A stretch of DNA of 61,249 nt, filler included, from Globobulimina sp. (GCA_003354225.1; 18 parts of 18 records of this genome joined end to end with filler, not necessarily neighbours in it); one strand, 5' to 3'; positions 11,186-23,755 are shown, numbered from the whole stretch's first letter. Program-made: numbers and translations. Notes: generated from the sequence alone by a model not told the origin.

Positions 11186-11202
11186 AATGAATAGTATATA
11201 TA

Positions 11203-11207
11203 TTTTT
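11203..11207 (+). terminator. Candidate RNA polymerase III terminator (T5)
   Basis: First run of four or more T after 10936; starts 18 nt after the 3' end of tRNA A. Confidence 0.45.
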
Positions 11208-11499
11208 ATATCAAAAAAAATGCCACACTGAATTAAATAACTCCAAACCGCTGCGGTATAATGAACAACACAAAGCTATGGTAATTTGATGACCTTTATA
11301 TTTATCTGAAACATGATATTCTTTCGATCATTGTTGGTTTCCCTGTTATGTCATATAAGAAACATTCGGACAGTTCGACACTCATAAACCGATTTGCCGT
11401 GCATGTTTTTTCGTCCATGCTTTTTATTTGTAGTTAGGATTTATATGATAAAGTTTTCGACTTTGAATTCCAAATAACTGTATTCTTCATCGTGCTACA

Positions 11500-13544
11500 A
11501 TGTCAGTCTCATATCATGAAAATCTGGACGTGTTGATACTGGGTGATAGTGGCGTAGGCAAATCGACATTAATAAACTGTTACATAACGAGGAATTTTTC
11601 ATTTGTCCCGTCAGGTGCATTAAAATCAAAAATTGAGCTCCCAGGAACAGAATATGGCTGCAAATCAGTCAATATACACTTATGCGACACAGCAACCTAT
11701 AACCAATGGAATGAGAATTTAGAGAAATTAATCTTATCCTCCTCCATAGTCTTAATTGTCGGCTCTTGGGACAATCCGCAGTCAATAAACCGCATCGAAA
11801 ATCATTGGTTGCCATCATTGTTGAACAAATTTTCAATTCCAATCATTATACTGATAAATAAGTCAGATATGTTGGGTGATTTGGATAACATTAATTATAT
11901 GAATCACGAGTACAGAGCCGCACTATGCCAGCAATTACAAAATTATGATGCTGGGATAAAGCATGTCTTTCAGACCTCGTGCATTCAAATAAAATCTGTG
12001 ATCAATGCGTTTGACGTCGCCATTCAATTAATTATATTCCCAGTACACATTTTAAAATCAAACAATTATCTCAATCTAATCAATGCATTGAAGCGTATAT
12101 TTCATATTTTCGACCGTGATAACAACGCTTTGCTAACCGGTATGCTACGAATAAACTTGACATTTCTTGCAATTTCTAACAAAGTGGCTGGAATATACTG
12201 TATACAGATGATGAGATATTGTATTATTATCGACATTGTTTGACATTGAATTCAATGAAGTCGTTCCAATTGGACAGAATCAAAAAATATTTACTTTCAA
12301 AGCAAAGCCAAAGTAATCAATATATCCTTAGCAATAACATCACTTTCAGCGGATTTGTGAAGTTACATTTGATTTTAATAGAGATGTCGCAGCATGATAT
12401 GGTCTGGAAATCGCTGCAAAAATTTGGCTATGCTCGCAAAAACCTGCTAATTGTTCCAAATATTTATCCCAAAATGCCCAATAAAAGGCAATTTACAAAC
12501 TTCTGTTTGCGGCATAATCCAATATTACGCTCACAAAAACAAACAAAAAGCAGTCGATTACAATACGAATTGAGTCCAAATATCTTAGGCTTTTTAATTG
12601 CAATTTTTACAGAATATTGCGAGAACAGACACGATGAGTACAATGGATCTGAATTTAATAACAACATTCATGAATATTCCACGTGTTTTATCACTGAATC
12701 CGGATTAAGTGAATTGTTAAATAATTATAATTTAAATGAGTTCCCATTTAACTCTGACGATTTGGAACTGGTCGGCTCCAAAACAAAGACATTAACATTA
12801 ACTTGCTGGTTATCACTATGGTCGCTATTGATGCATTTTGAGACCGAGAGGGCATTACAATGCTTATTGTTTATGGGCGGACCGACCATATTTCCCTCCA
12901 ACAATTTGATACCAAAATGGAGTGATTATGTAAACGCGCAAATGGCTGCACCTTCAAATACCTACCAACGGTTTTATAATTGCTTAGTTGTGAGCTATCC
13001 GAAGGAGCGGCATTTAATAAATGAATTTATCCGCTGCTCAGTGGGTGATTTTAGCGGTGATAGCCACAACGACACAGAGTTAATACAGCGGTTAAACACG
13101 ATTTTTTTATTAAAACCAAAGGATAAAAAAGCAAATTGTAATAATAAATATTCGTACGGAATGTTGAACGATGCAGGAAAATCACAAGAAATTTATCAGC
13201 AACATCACAATTTCCTGCATAAAAATGAAAATAATAAACGAAAAGCATTGATTCAAATCAATGTTTTGGACACAAATCATGGCATTGATATTTATCATAC
13301 GCTGTTGGAAGCATTTGAGGAGAACTTATTGACGGAAAAACAGATAAAAAAATATGACGCCGTCATATATCTTCATACGGCTCATTCGTTAAGAAAATGT
13401 AGGAAGAAAATCAAAAATTTATACAATATTTGTAGAGATAATAAAATGGCGATAATTACGGTGAATGCGATGCATAACGAGAGTGATGATGGTGATTTGG
13501 AGGAAATGTTGAATTTTTATGATTTGCCGTTGAAAATAATTAAA
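11500..13544 (+). CDS. RHOT: Mitochondrial Rho GTPase (Miro)-like protein, divergent, 3' partial
   Basis: P-loop GDSGVGKST, INKSD, and LKRIFHIFDRDNNALLT-DDEI EF-hand rebuilt across intron 12140-12207; ITFSGFVKLH, VWKSLQKFGY and LTCWLSLWSL match Miro. Confidence 0.82.
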
Positions 13545-14948
13545 NNNNNNNNNNNNNNNNNNNNNNNNNNNNNNNNNNNNNNNNNNNNTTAATTAATTAA
13601 NNNNNNNNNNNNNNNNNNNNNNNNNNNNNNNNNNNNNNNNNNNNTGAGACTGATAATGACCATGATTATGACCATATATTGGATTATATAAACCATAAAA
13701 TGGAAACCGTATGAATGACGATGACAAGACTCAAAAGCACGGGACCAAAGATCGCATATTGCAAGGTACCCAGTGCTCGAAGTCTCGAACATTATCACTG
13801 TTATAAAAATAGATACAATACAAACAATAAAATTATTAAAATCACAAAGAATGTTATATCTATGTAATGACATAGCACTGAACATACACAATTAAATAAT
13901 AGTAATAATAATCAATAAATGACGTCAGTATACCATGTAATGGAGATATTGATGAAGACTTTGTCTTAAAAGAAGCGATTGTGACTTTGTAATAACTACC
14001 AGTGTTTTACTTGTAAAGTTTTTGATATCTAACTTAAATTCATCTTACTAAACCTTAGCATTTGTGAGAACCCACGAAAGCAAGTTTACAAATGGAGGGT
14101 GTGACCGCATGCCTTTTCGGTTTTCCGTTTTCTTTGAAAAAGGGGCGGAATCAAGAGTTCTATTTACAGCAATTAACAAATCAATTACACGAATTAACAA
14201 ATCAATTTATACAAATTAATTAATATAATAATTGATTGCTTCATTCGATGCATAATAATATACATTTATCTGCTTTATTTGAAATATATAACAATATGTA
14301 ATAATAAATTTAGCATAAAAGCACGCAGAATCATATTTAATGAGCAATCAAGTAAGATATAACAACGTACAGTACGTAGCATATAATTGAATAATTACAT
14401 TACGTGTAAACATTTTGTGCGTACTTATTAACACGTTTTGAATGATTGTTTAAAGTGTTTGAATGATTGCTATTTATGTTATGTCAAAGCGTTTGAATGT
14501 ATCAAGTGTTTGAAACTTTGAATATGTCGAATGTTGCTGTTTGTAAATATTTTGAGAATGATATATTAATTATCTATATTTGATTTATCCAAATCGCTCT
14601 CAATGATACATTTTCAAATCAAAAACGAAAATGATATTTATAATTATATAAATTAGTAATAAATGAAATGGTTTGATAAATACTATAAGAAACGTTTTGA
14701 ATGATTGCTGTTTGAATGTTGCGTTTGTGAATATTTTGGTTTGAAATACACCAAATCACTAAAAGTACATCAAATCACTAAAAGAGCACACCAAATCACT
14801 AAAAGTATTTATTATTATTTGGTATTTGATACAAACAAAGCGTTCAATGATAGAAGCAAGCATTTTAAATATGTATTTGAGAAAGCAATTTGTCAAATAC
14901 GGTGTTATTTACATTTTTAATATTGATCAATAAAAAGATTTATAAACA

Positions 14949-15650
14949 TATATTTATGTTTGTTTTGATGATAAAATATCAAGCAATGATCATCAAATTG
15001 TGATTAAAACCAATAACAATAAAATAATAAATCCAACATTGTAACCAACGATAAACACAACAATAAACTCAACAAAAAACCATACAATAAACACAATGTA
15101 TTATTCATTGATAGTAACTATGAAAGTATATAAATTACAGTGAGTTATATGCTCCAAACACATTGAAAATACATTAGTTATTATCATCAAATAATGCATA
15201 AATAATGAGTCTTTTTAATTAATTTATATGTATATTGTTTTCAAATATTAAATTCGTAAAATATAGTCCATTTATATTAAAATAATATATTTTATTATGA
15301 TTGTTTGGATTGAACACAGTAACATTAGTTTAGAATGCTGTATTTGGTTCAATCCAAATCGATACTCGATTATAGCATATATTTATTTTGTTTTGATGAT
15401 ACAATAAAGCAATGTTCATCAAATTATGATTAAAATAACTTATAATGATTCATATTTAACGTTTCAATAATAACAAAATTGAATTAATTGATATTTTGTT
15501 ACAATTATTTAATCTTAAAAATGTTTTGGATTTCATAAGATTTTAGAATTAATAATAATGACACAGGATTCACTGAGTATACTTCATTGTAAACAGTGTA
15601 TTATCCGCAGAGTCAACCAACAATAAATCCAACATTAAACCCAACATTAA
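14949..15650 (+). repeat. Degenerate ~430-bp-spaced duplication and decayed PT-type coding repeats in an ORF-poor contig
   Basis: TGTTTTGATGATA...AAGCAATG.TCATCAAATT.TGATTAAAA occurs at about 14960 and 15390. CCAACA-based repeats at about 15030 and 15620 translate as PTIN/PTLN with stops. Confidence 0.5.
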
Positions 15651-16469
15651 TGATAACAAAATCAACCATTATTGCTGTCAAATATATTTTGAGAATAATC
15701 AATTTATTAATTTATATATTTGGCAAATTAATAGCTTGAATTGGCAATAAATTAATTGCAACGCAAACTGATATCAGTGATGCTGCAGATATATATTAAC
15801 TAAGTTTTGATAATAAATCCGAAGATATTATAACTATTAATCAACGCAACAAAATCTAATAATATCATAGAACATAATAATAGAATGTTTTATATGTATA
15901 TATATTTATAATTTAATACATTTATTTATTCCCATTTGCTTTGAATAGTTATAATTATTAAAACGATATAAAGCCTATTCGAAGTGTTGCAAGTTTAGGT
16001 AGAAACGAAGAGGAAGAGGTTCATAATGATATTAATTGAATATATTCGTTTTTAAACAGAATAAAATTACTTTTAAATATACAACAACAATAATAATTTG
16101 TTTTAACATTTACAAATATTTATCAAATGAAATAAAATGTAATCAAATATATATATCATATGCATCAAACCTGATATAAATATAAATAATTTTGTTGATT
16201 ACATATTACATTTGACAATCAATAATGTATGTAAACCAATTAATAAACCAATCAATAATAGAAATTACCGATTACAAAATAAAATAAATTTAGTTTAATA
16301 AAATAATTAATAATATTTAATGAATTAAATTTATAAATAATATTAATTATAATGTGTTCGTATCGAATGATATTAAATAAAAATAGTGAATAAAGCAATA
16401 TTAATACCAATTATATAAATATGTAGTATGTTAATGTTGTTGGCAAATTAATTTAATATTAATACCAAC

Positions 16470-16758
16470 GTTTCACTGCTTCATTGGAAGCATAATAAAT
16501 GTCCTAAGTTTCACTGCTTCGCAGGAAGCATAATAAAATATTCTGGTTTCACTGCTTCGTAAGAAGCATAATAATATATACAAGTTTCACTGCTTCATTC
16601 GAAGCATAATAAAAATAACGTCCACTGCTTGATTTGTAATAAATTAAAGCATGATAAATAACATGTGCACAAATTAATATTTTCATTCGACTGTATAGAT
16701 AAAAATGTACATATTCGAATAAATTTACATTTCACTGCTTCATTTCGAAGCATAATAA
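16470..16758. repeat. Array of hairpin repeats TTTCAC-TGCTTC-N4-GAAGCA-TAATAA
   Basis: Four units at exact 38-nt spacing (16471, 16509, 16547, 16585), a degenerate unit at 16621 and a sixth at 16730. Confidence 0.92.
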
Positions 16759-17303
16759 AGATATTTCCCACATTTAAATGCCTCTGTTAATGAAATGATA
16801 GGCGATGTGGTAATAAATAGTACTATTAGCAATGCATTGTATACAACACAACCATATTTTATAAATAAACAAATATTAAAAATATTAATTCCAAGAACTA
16901 TCCTACAAAAGAGCTCTATAGAGGACTGATCACCCTCTTTGCTTTGCTATCAACNNNNNNNNNNNNNNNNNNNNNNNNNNNNNNNNNNNNNNNNNNNNTT
17001 AATTAATTAANNNNNNNNNNNNNNNNNNNNNNNNNNNNNNNNNNNNNNNNNNNNTTCATATTTTGGGTTTTAAATGTAAATAAACATTGTAGAGTGAAAA
17101 CTGTCCATCGTGATCTCCATGAACCAATATGTCTGCCTACAGATCATATGTCAAATAAGAATCAATTTAATAATATATTACTATTTAACTTTTTTTCTGT
17201 AGCAATCCTTGTTTGATGATATGGCTTTCATCGACTGCTTGTTGATTAGCAGTTGACATGCTTTTATCTTTTCATTTTTGAGTGACGAAAATTCTATAAA
17301 GCG

Positions 17304-18248
17304 ATGAGTAGCGTATTGCTTAATGCGCTTGTTATTCATTTAGTGGTCGGAATATGCTTATGTTCATATCCTGATACAATAATAAGAAGTATCAATACAT
17401 CATTTAGCATAACAGATTATGATAATGCAACAATATACATTCCAACAAGGTTATTGTTACCAGCAAATGGAACAGGAGCATGTATAATTTTTTTGCATGG
17501 CAGTGGTGGTTTATATAAAGATGATGATCCCAACGAAGTGATAAATGAAAATTTTCGAAGATGGGCAGATATGAGTTATTTACGAAACTATATTGGCATA
17601 TTTATAGATAGCTATACACCGAGAGGTGGCAAAAACAATGCGGATGAAGTTAATAACAGACCACTTGATGTTTACGGAGCTATTAATTTTATAAAAACGT
17701 TTGGTGTTTCTGTAAATCATATATTTATCTTAGGATGGAGTCATGGCGGCTCCTCTGTGCTTGCTTCAGTGTCGAATACAAACATCGAGAAAAATGCAAT
17801 TTCAGGAGCTGTTGCATTTTATCCTGGATGTGGTTTAGATTCACGATTTGGTGGTATTTCAAAATCAACATATTGCCCAAATGCTGCATTGTGGATTCAT
17901 GCGGCACAGTTAGATTCGTTATATACTGGCGGGAATTGTGATATTCGTATTAATAGAGCGAGTGAAATAGGCTGTAATTCATTATTTGAAATGACAGTGC
18001 ATGAAGGAGCAGATCACGGCTTTGATCAAGCAGAACAGACTGATATTGGTAGCAAATATACTCAACAAGATTATGATGCACATATCAACGCTGATCAACA
18101 CGTTTGGAGTTTTTTTGAATCAGTACGAACAAACAGCACCATTCCACCCACTACATCTGCAACAACAAGCAGCGTAGCGACAACATGTTCAGTATCAATA
18201 TGTTTAATGTCAATATCAATAATTGTTGGAATAATACACAATCAATAA
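17304..18248 (+). CDS. Secreted dienelactone hydrolase-family alpha/beta hydrolase with possible GPI/membrane tail
   Basis: Signal peptide, LHGSGG, IDSYTPRG, LGWSHGG elbow, AFYPGC, GADHGFD, then a Thr/Ser linker and hydrophobic C-terminus; no intron. Confidence 0.82.
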   Translation: MSSVLLNALVIHLVVGICLCSYPDTIIRSINTSFSITDYDNATIYIPTRLLLPANGTGACIIFLHGSGGLYKDDDPNEVINENFRRWADMSYLRNYIGIFIDSYTPRGGKNNADEVNNRPLDVYGAINFIKTFGVSVNHIFILGWSHGGSSVLASVSNTNIEKNAISGAVAFYPGCGLDSRFGGISKSTYCPNAALWIHAAQLDSLYTGGNCDIRINRASEIGCNSLFEMTVHEGADHGFDQAEQTDIGSKYTQQDYDAHINADQHVWSFFESVRTNSTIPPTTSATTSSVATTCSVSICLMSISIIVGIIHNQ

Positions 18249-18444
18249 ACGTTACGGTTTTTTGTTTGATTTGTTCATCTTTTGCATATTTATTGTTGTT
18301 TGGATTTTGTCTGTTACTTCCACGTTGTTTCAGCTGATTATTTTTTTAACATGACACACAACTCCGATATCAAATACTTTACGTTGCTACTATATGATCG
18401 CAGATATATACTTTACTTAAAATGTTTTCACAGAAATAAAGATA

Positions 18445-20364
18445 ATGGATTTGTCTTTATCACAGTTGCAAGAATATATTCATTATTATGCAATTCACAA
18501 AAACTGGAAAGAATTAGAAATATTAATATCAACAACAAAATGGAATGACAATGAATTATGCAAGTACTGGAATGCAATTTGTTGCCTTAAAAGGGGAAAT
18601 ATTATCCAATCCCGTAATTTGTTCAAACAAATAGATCCAAATTCTAATTATAACCTTGCCTCAATTTGTGGTTTGGTTGAAACATATTTAATCACAACAG
18701 AAGACGATGAAGAATTTGATGAATCACAAATGTCAATATCAAGATTGAAGTTAAACATTAAAAAATTATCCAAGACAGATAATGTAGACCGTTTAATGAA
18801 CACAGCAATATATTTCTGGCAAATGGGCCGATTAAAACAAGCCAGACATTATGCAGAGAAAGGCTTAAATCTCAATAAAGCGAATATAGATAGCATGGCC
18901 ATTTGTGGCTGGATACATTTAAACGAACAATCATCGAAATACAAAAAGAAAGCAACGTCATTTTTTGGTGCGGCTTTATCAATTTTACAGAAAACAAAGC
19001 AAAATAAAAACGATGAATTACCATTATTAGCAATATACGGATTAGCTCGATGCTATCAATTAAAAGGAAAATTGAGAAAGGCAATAACTTGCATCACCCA
19101 GCTCATTGTACACAATCCATGGTTTGTTGATGGATTAGCTGTAAAATCGGAATTACAAATATTAATCGGTCGACATAAAGAATGCATTGATACCATAAAC
19201 AGATTACATAATAATAATATACACGGTTCAGTAATAAAACTATGTTATTTTTTAATGTATAATGGAAATTATAAAAGCATTTTAAACCACTTACAATTGT
19301 TATACAACCTATTCATTCAACAATATAAATTAAATAAATATCCATCGTATTCAACATTGTTTTATAATATATCTAAAATAACATCAAAATTTGTGATTCA
19401 TTCTACAGAGATATTGGAAATGTGCCAAAAATTTATAAGTATTGCTGTTGAATTGGAGCCAGAAAATGCAGAATATTTGACATTGCAAGCAAATCTTTAT
19501 TTATATTTAGGATATATACAAACTGCATCATCATTATTCCGCGATGCGTCCAGTTTTGATGAGAATAATATTGAAGCACTGTGTGGCGCGATTTATTGTC
19601 GAGTATTAAAATGTGAATATTCAGAGGCAAATCAAGAGTTACAATTTCTCACAGAAACAATGGAAATAAATACAAATAAGTTATACATTTTCTTACAAGC
19701 AATAATTTCAGGCAAATTACAACAGAATGGAGATGAATTTAATGTGTATACAAAATCTGCATTAGAACAATATACAAATGATTTAAATAGTTGCTGTTTT
19801 TCACAGTACTTTGATTTGTGTGCATACGACCCTCGTTTTGTTGTAATGGTTGCTTCTGAATATTTAAAACATGGCCCATCAGAGCCTTTGTGTTCAACTG
19901 ATCGACCGAATAATTATTTAAATGAATGCAATATTGTATTGGAAGAATTATGTGGAAGAATACCAGGAATGATTGATGCTCATTTATTACATTCAAAATG
20001 TAAGTATTTGTCAGGTGATATCCATGGATCAGAATGTATACTATCAAAAGTAAAAGACGTTGATTCCAATCATTGGAGAACGCATTTATTACAATGTCAG
20101 GTTGCTTTATATACACAAAGTAACAATGAAGCACAAACATGCTTGGATATTGTCATTGGATTAAATTTTCAAATTCAAACAACTTTAATGTATCATATAA
20201 TTAAAGCAAAATTACTGAAATCAAATGGTTTGCATCAAGATGCTATCACATTATTAGAAAATATTACTGATAAAATTTATTCTTATTTTGATATAAAAAA
20301 TGAAGGAAACGTAAATCGTCAGATTTTAGCACAGAAAAAAGCGATTTTATTTTCCAAATATGAA
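18445..20364 (+). CDS. TTC21B: Intraflagellar transport protein IFT139 / TTC21B, 3' partial
   Basis: TPR-rich ORF with YIHYYA at the N-terminus, GWIHL, DENNIEALCG, PSEP, PGMIDAHLL, HLLQCQV and GLNFQI. Confidence 0.8.
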
Positions 20365-20464
20365 NNNNNNNNNNNNNNNNNNNNNNNNNNNNNNNNNNNN
20401 NNNNNNNNTTAATTAATTAANNNNNNNNNNNNNNNNNNNNNNNNNNNNNNNNNNNNNNNNNNNN

Positions 20465-21167
20465 ATGGCAGTAAACCACGATGTCAATCCAAATATTATC
20501 AGTGCAATCACTGTGGTCGACACTCCAATAATGGATAAGGTCACATATCGCGCAATAATGGACACTGTCACATTGAGATGTACGTTATGATGATTATAGA
20601 AAACAGTAAATAATCGTCGGACAAACAGCACGCATAAAATCGTTGATATACAAAAATCGCAACCTAACGAATATAGAAATGTCCAGAATGATGATATGTT
20701 GCCACAAAATGTGATATTAAATTCTACACTGTGCACTAAGACACCTTTTCCCCAAATGGCATGTTCAGATATTTGTGTGGTATAAGCAACGCTCATCATC
20801 AAATACAGGAAAATAAAGAATTTGTTTGAGAATTCATTTGAAGAATCAATACTTTGGAAAGCAATCTGCAAACAGGAAATAAAAAAGAAATACGTCATCA
20901 ATCTAGTGGTTAAATAGAAGTATGGCCGAGAAACACGTGCAATGTACAATTGCCGATGCCGTGTCCGGATATTGATCTTTGTATTCCATAACAGATTGAA
21001 AATATAAAGGTTCCCAACGCAAATCCGTGCATTAATATAGTTAGCAGCACCAATTTCTTATGAGGTCGACGTACCCTTTTTTTATTTTTCAGATATATTT
21101 GTAACGATAATATTATTAATAAAATCGATGCGATTGCAATAGCTGAAAATAAAAATATGCGATCCAT
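20465..21167 (-). pseudogene. Multi-pass (7TM-like) membrane protein with a 1-nt frameshift near 20918
   Basis: Two overlapping hydrophobic ORFs join as ...FLGHT / YLTTRLMTY... only with a frame change and no room for an intron; pseudogene or sequencing error. Confidence 0.55.
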
Positions 21168-21219
21168 CCATTAATGTTTGAAAACGTTTTTCTACGTTAG
21201 CTCTGACTCTAAATTTAAA

Positions 21220-22718
21220 ATGTTGAAAACGACTACAGCATTTGGCAGGAAATATAACAGAGTTTTATGTTGGAAATCACAACATATTTTGTGTTATAAA
21301 AGTAGATTAAATGAGTCAAATACAGAAAATGTAAATCAATTATTTTCACCCAAAAGTATCAATGTTGATTCTTTAGAATCTATGCAATCAGACATGTTAA
21401 CACGATCAGACTTTGGTTTTTATCAAAAATTGCTGCCAATTGATAGTGTCCAAGAACTCATATCATCGATAAACTTTCTATTTGGTAAACTTTATGAAAA
21501 TTCCGTAAAATTCTCTATATAAAATTGTCTTTTTCTAAAAATTATATAGATATTCCTTATTACGCAATAATATTAACACTGCCCTTCATCACTAAATCAT
21601 TGATAACGATGCCAATTCATATACGTCAACAAAAAAAGTATGAATCTCGATTGCCTACGTTAGGAATGGCAGTGTATGAAATTTGCAAAATGTCGCATTG
21701 TGGAATAACTTCACGAAAACGAGGGGTTACCGGCAGTGAAGATAACATATTAAATACACGCAAACAAATACATACTAAATATGGATATAATGTGTCATTC
21801 ACCCAATTATTGCCATATACTGCTGTCATAATACAGCTACCTATACATTTAACAATGTATGTGTCATTAAACACATTCGAACATTTGTCATCACATAATT
21901 TATTATTGCCGTTATCGATTGGTTGCACAATGACTGTGACACAATATGTAATGTACAAACGCAACGTAAGCAACATCGGAATCAATCAGAAATCTCTATT
22001 AATTATGAATATGTTGGGAACAGTTTTGCTCACTGGTCTGTCTTTTAATTGGTACACCGGTTTTAATTTGTATATATTGAGCAATTTATCAGCTTTTATC
22101 ATGCAACAAACCTTGATGAATAGTGATATTTTTCGGAATATGGTCGGATTAAATAAATATTGTGAATTACAGCCAAGTATAAGAAAGTTGCAAATTATTT
22201 ATGAAGGGATTCAACTGTCCACCAAATATGATAAAGATCGAAGGACAAAATATGTGGATGATGGCGGTGAGAAAAAATCCGCCTATAATGTGGTGCCACA
22301 GTTTGAAAGGACATGGGATAATTTGTTACAGAGTCCGGCGGAGTTTGTGAATACAAATGCAAAACAGGAGGAGTTAGATGCCATTTTAAATGATATTGCC
22401 AATGTGGATGACATTGCCATTGTGGCTGCGGATGCGGATGATGTGGATGCGGACGATGTGGATGATGAGGATATCGATAATTTGGATAATAAGCAATATT
22501 CGTTGGAATTTGATGATCGCAATGAATTGAATGATCGAAGAAAGCAAATACAAAAAACAATTAAAAACACTACAATGAGATCATTTTTAATGGCACAAAA
22601 AGAAGAAAACCAACAAATGTATGACGAAAATGATCATTCTGATTTTGTTGATGCAGAAGAAGAATTTCAGGAAGTTACAATCCACGATGTTGACAGCAAA
22701 AATATGAAAAAAAAATAA
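21220..22718 (+). CDS. Oxa1/YidC/Cox18-family mitochondrial membrane insertase, 2 exons
   Basis: Basic presequence-like N-terminus. Intron 21485-21549 gives INFLF-DIPYYAII; ITMPIHIRQQK, IQLPIH, GFNLYILSNL...MQQ; acidic tail. Confidence 0.72.
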
Positions 22719-22954
22719 AAACTGAATGATTAATCTGTATAGTTTAGATAAAACTGAATAGCTTGGAAAACAGCATGGTCTCCAGTTTGAGAAACGTTTT
22801 TTTAATAACTCCGCGTATTTTCATTAAATCTGAGTATCAATAATAATTTTCTCGACGTTTGTCATTGTTTCAGTAAAAGTTATGAAAAAATAAAATAAAA
22901 AAATAGAATACAATAATATATAAAAGACACAACATAGAAAGGAAAAAACAAATA

Positions 22955-23755
22955 CTATGGATGAAGACAATAAAAATGCTTTACCAAAACCAATGTAGCA
23001 ATCCAATTCAACAAATACCAACAATATGCGGATAGAATTCGATGATTTGTATAGAATATTCTTTTTAATATAAATCCGAAACAACCACATGAGACTGCTA
23101 TAAAGTTCCAAATTGTTGCTTTACCACTAATTATCCACAAAGAAGTTGTAAATAAAGCAATTGGAATATTGCATTGCGGATAAAAGGAACGCATCATTTG
23201 ATAAATAAATTTATTTTCTGTAATTAGACGGCAGTAAAACAAAATGAATATCAGTGTCGCCGTAAAATACATGTGAATGGCCAATGAAAATAAAATGTGA
23301 TTTGTTTCAATCAGTACTGCCGATAAATAAAATATCAATGTACAAATACTAGAGATTGAACTCCAATTATCCATTGCTTTAATTATTGGTGATTTTTGTT
23401 GGCGATAAACGTGTCCCCAAACACCAACAAATGGCATCAATCCATAGCTGAGTTGCAAAAAGGACCAGTAAGTGGTGCTTGGAATGTGTTTGTTACTCTC
23501 ATACCAATGGAATGAACTTGCTGCGATCAGAGATGTAACACCAGTCAGAAGAGCCATAATAATGAGGGCAACTTCTGAACATGTTAGCTGCTGGAATGAC
23601 TTGCTCCTCTTTCTGTTGCAAATGACTTGCTCCTCTTTCTGTGGTGTTTTTGTGAGTTCTCCATTATATCTTTGTTTATGTCGATACAATGCTAATACTT
23701 TGCTGTCACACCACTGATTTGTGCAACTTTTTATTTTCCCCACACCGTAATCCAT
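22955..23755 (-). CDS. Multi-pass membrane protein, possibly a divergent PAQR/haemolysin-III family member
   Basis: About seven hydrophobic segments; KAMDNWSSISSICT resembles the RxLDH motif region. May extend beyond the contig. Confidence 0.45.
   Translation of the reverse strand: MDYGVGKIKSCTNQWCDSKVLALYRHKQRYNGELTKTPQKEEQVICNRKRSKSFQQLTCSEVALIIMALLTGVTSLIAASSFHWYESNKHIPSTTYWSFLQLSYGLMPFVGVWGHVYRQQKSPIIKAMDNWSSISSICTLIFYLSAVLIETNHILFSLAIHMYFTATLIFILFYCRLITENKFIYQMMRSFYPQCNIPIALFTTSLWIISGKATIWNFIAVSCGCFGFILKRIFYTNHRILSAYCWYLLNWIATLVLVKHFYCLHP

Noticed and set aside
16470-16758. CRISPR array (palindromic repeats starting GTTTCA)
   Set aside because: Linkers are only about 9 nt, the variable positions include the hairpin loop itself, and there are no cas genes; kept as an unexplained array.
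13645-16954. Mitochondrial genes or rRNA under an alternative code in the ORF-poor contig
   Set aside because: The hydrophobic minus-strand translations I checked are partly the antisense of decayed PT repeats, all three stop types interrupt them, and no convincing rRNA or respiratory-gene motif was found.
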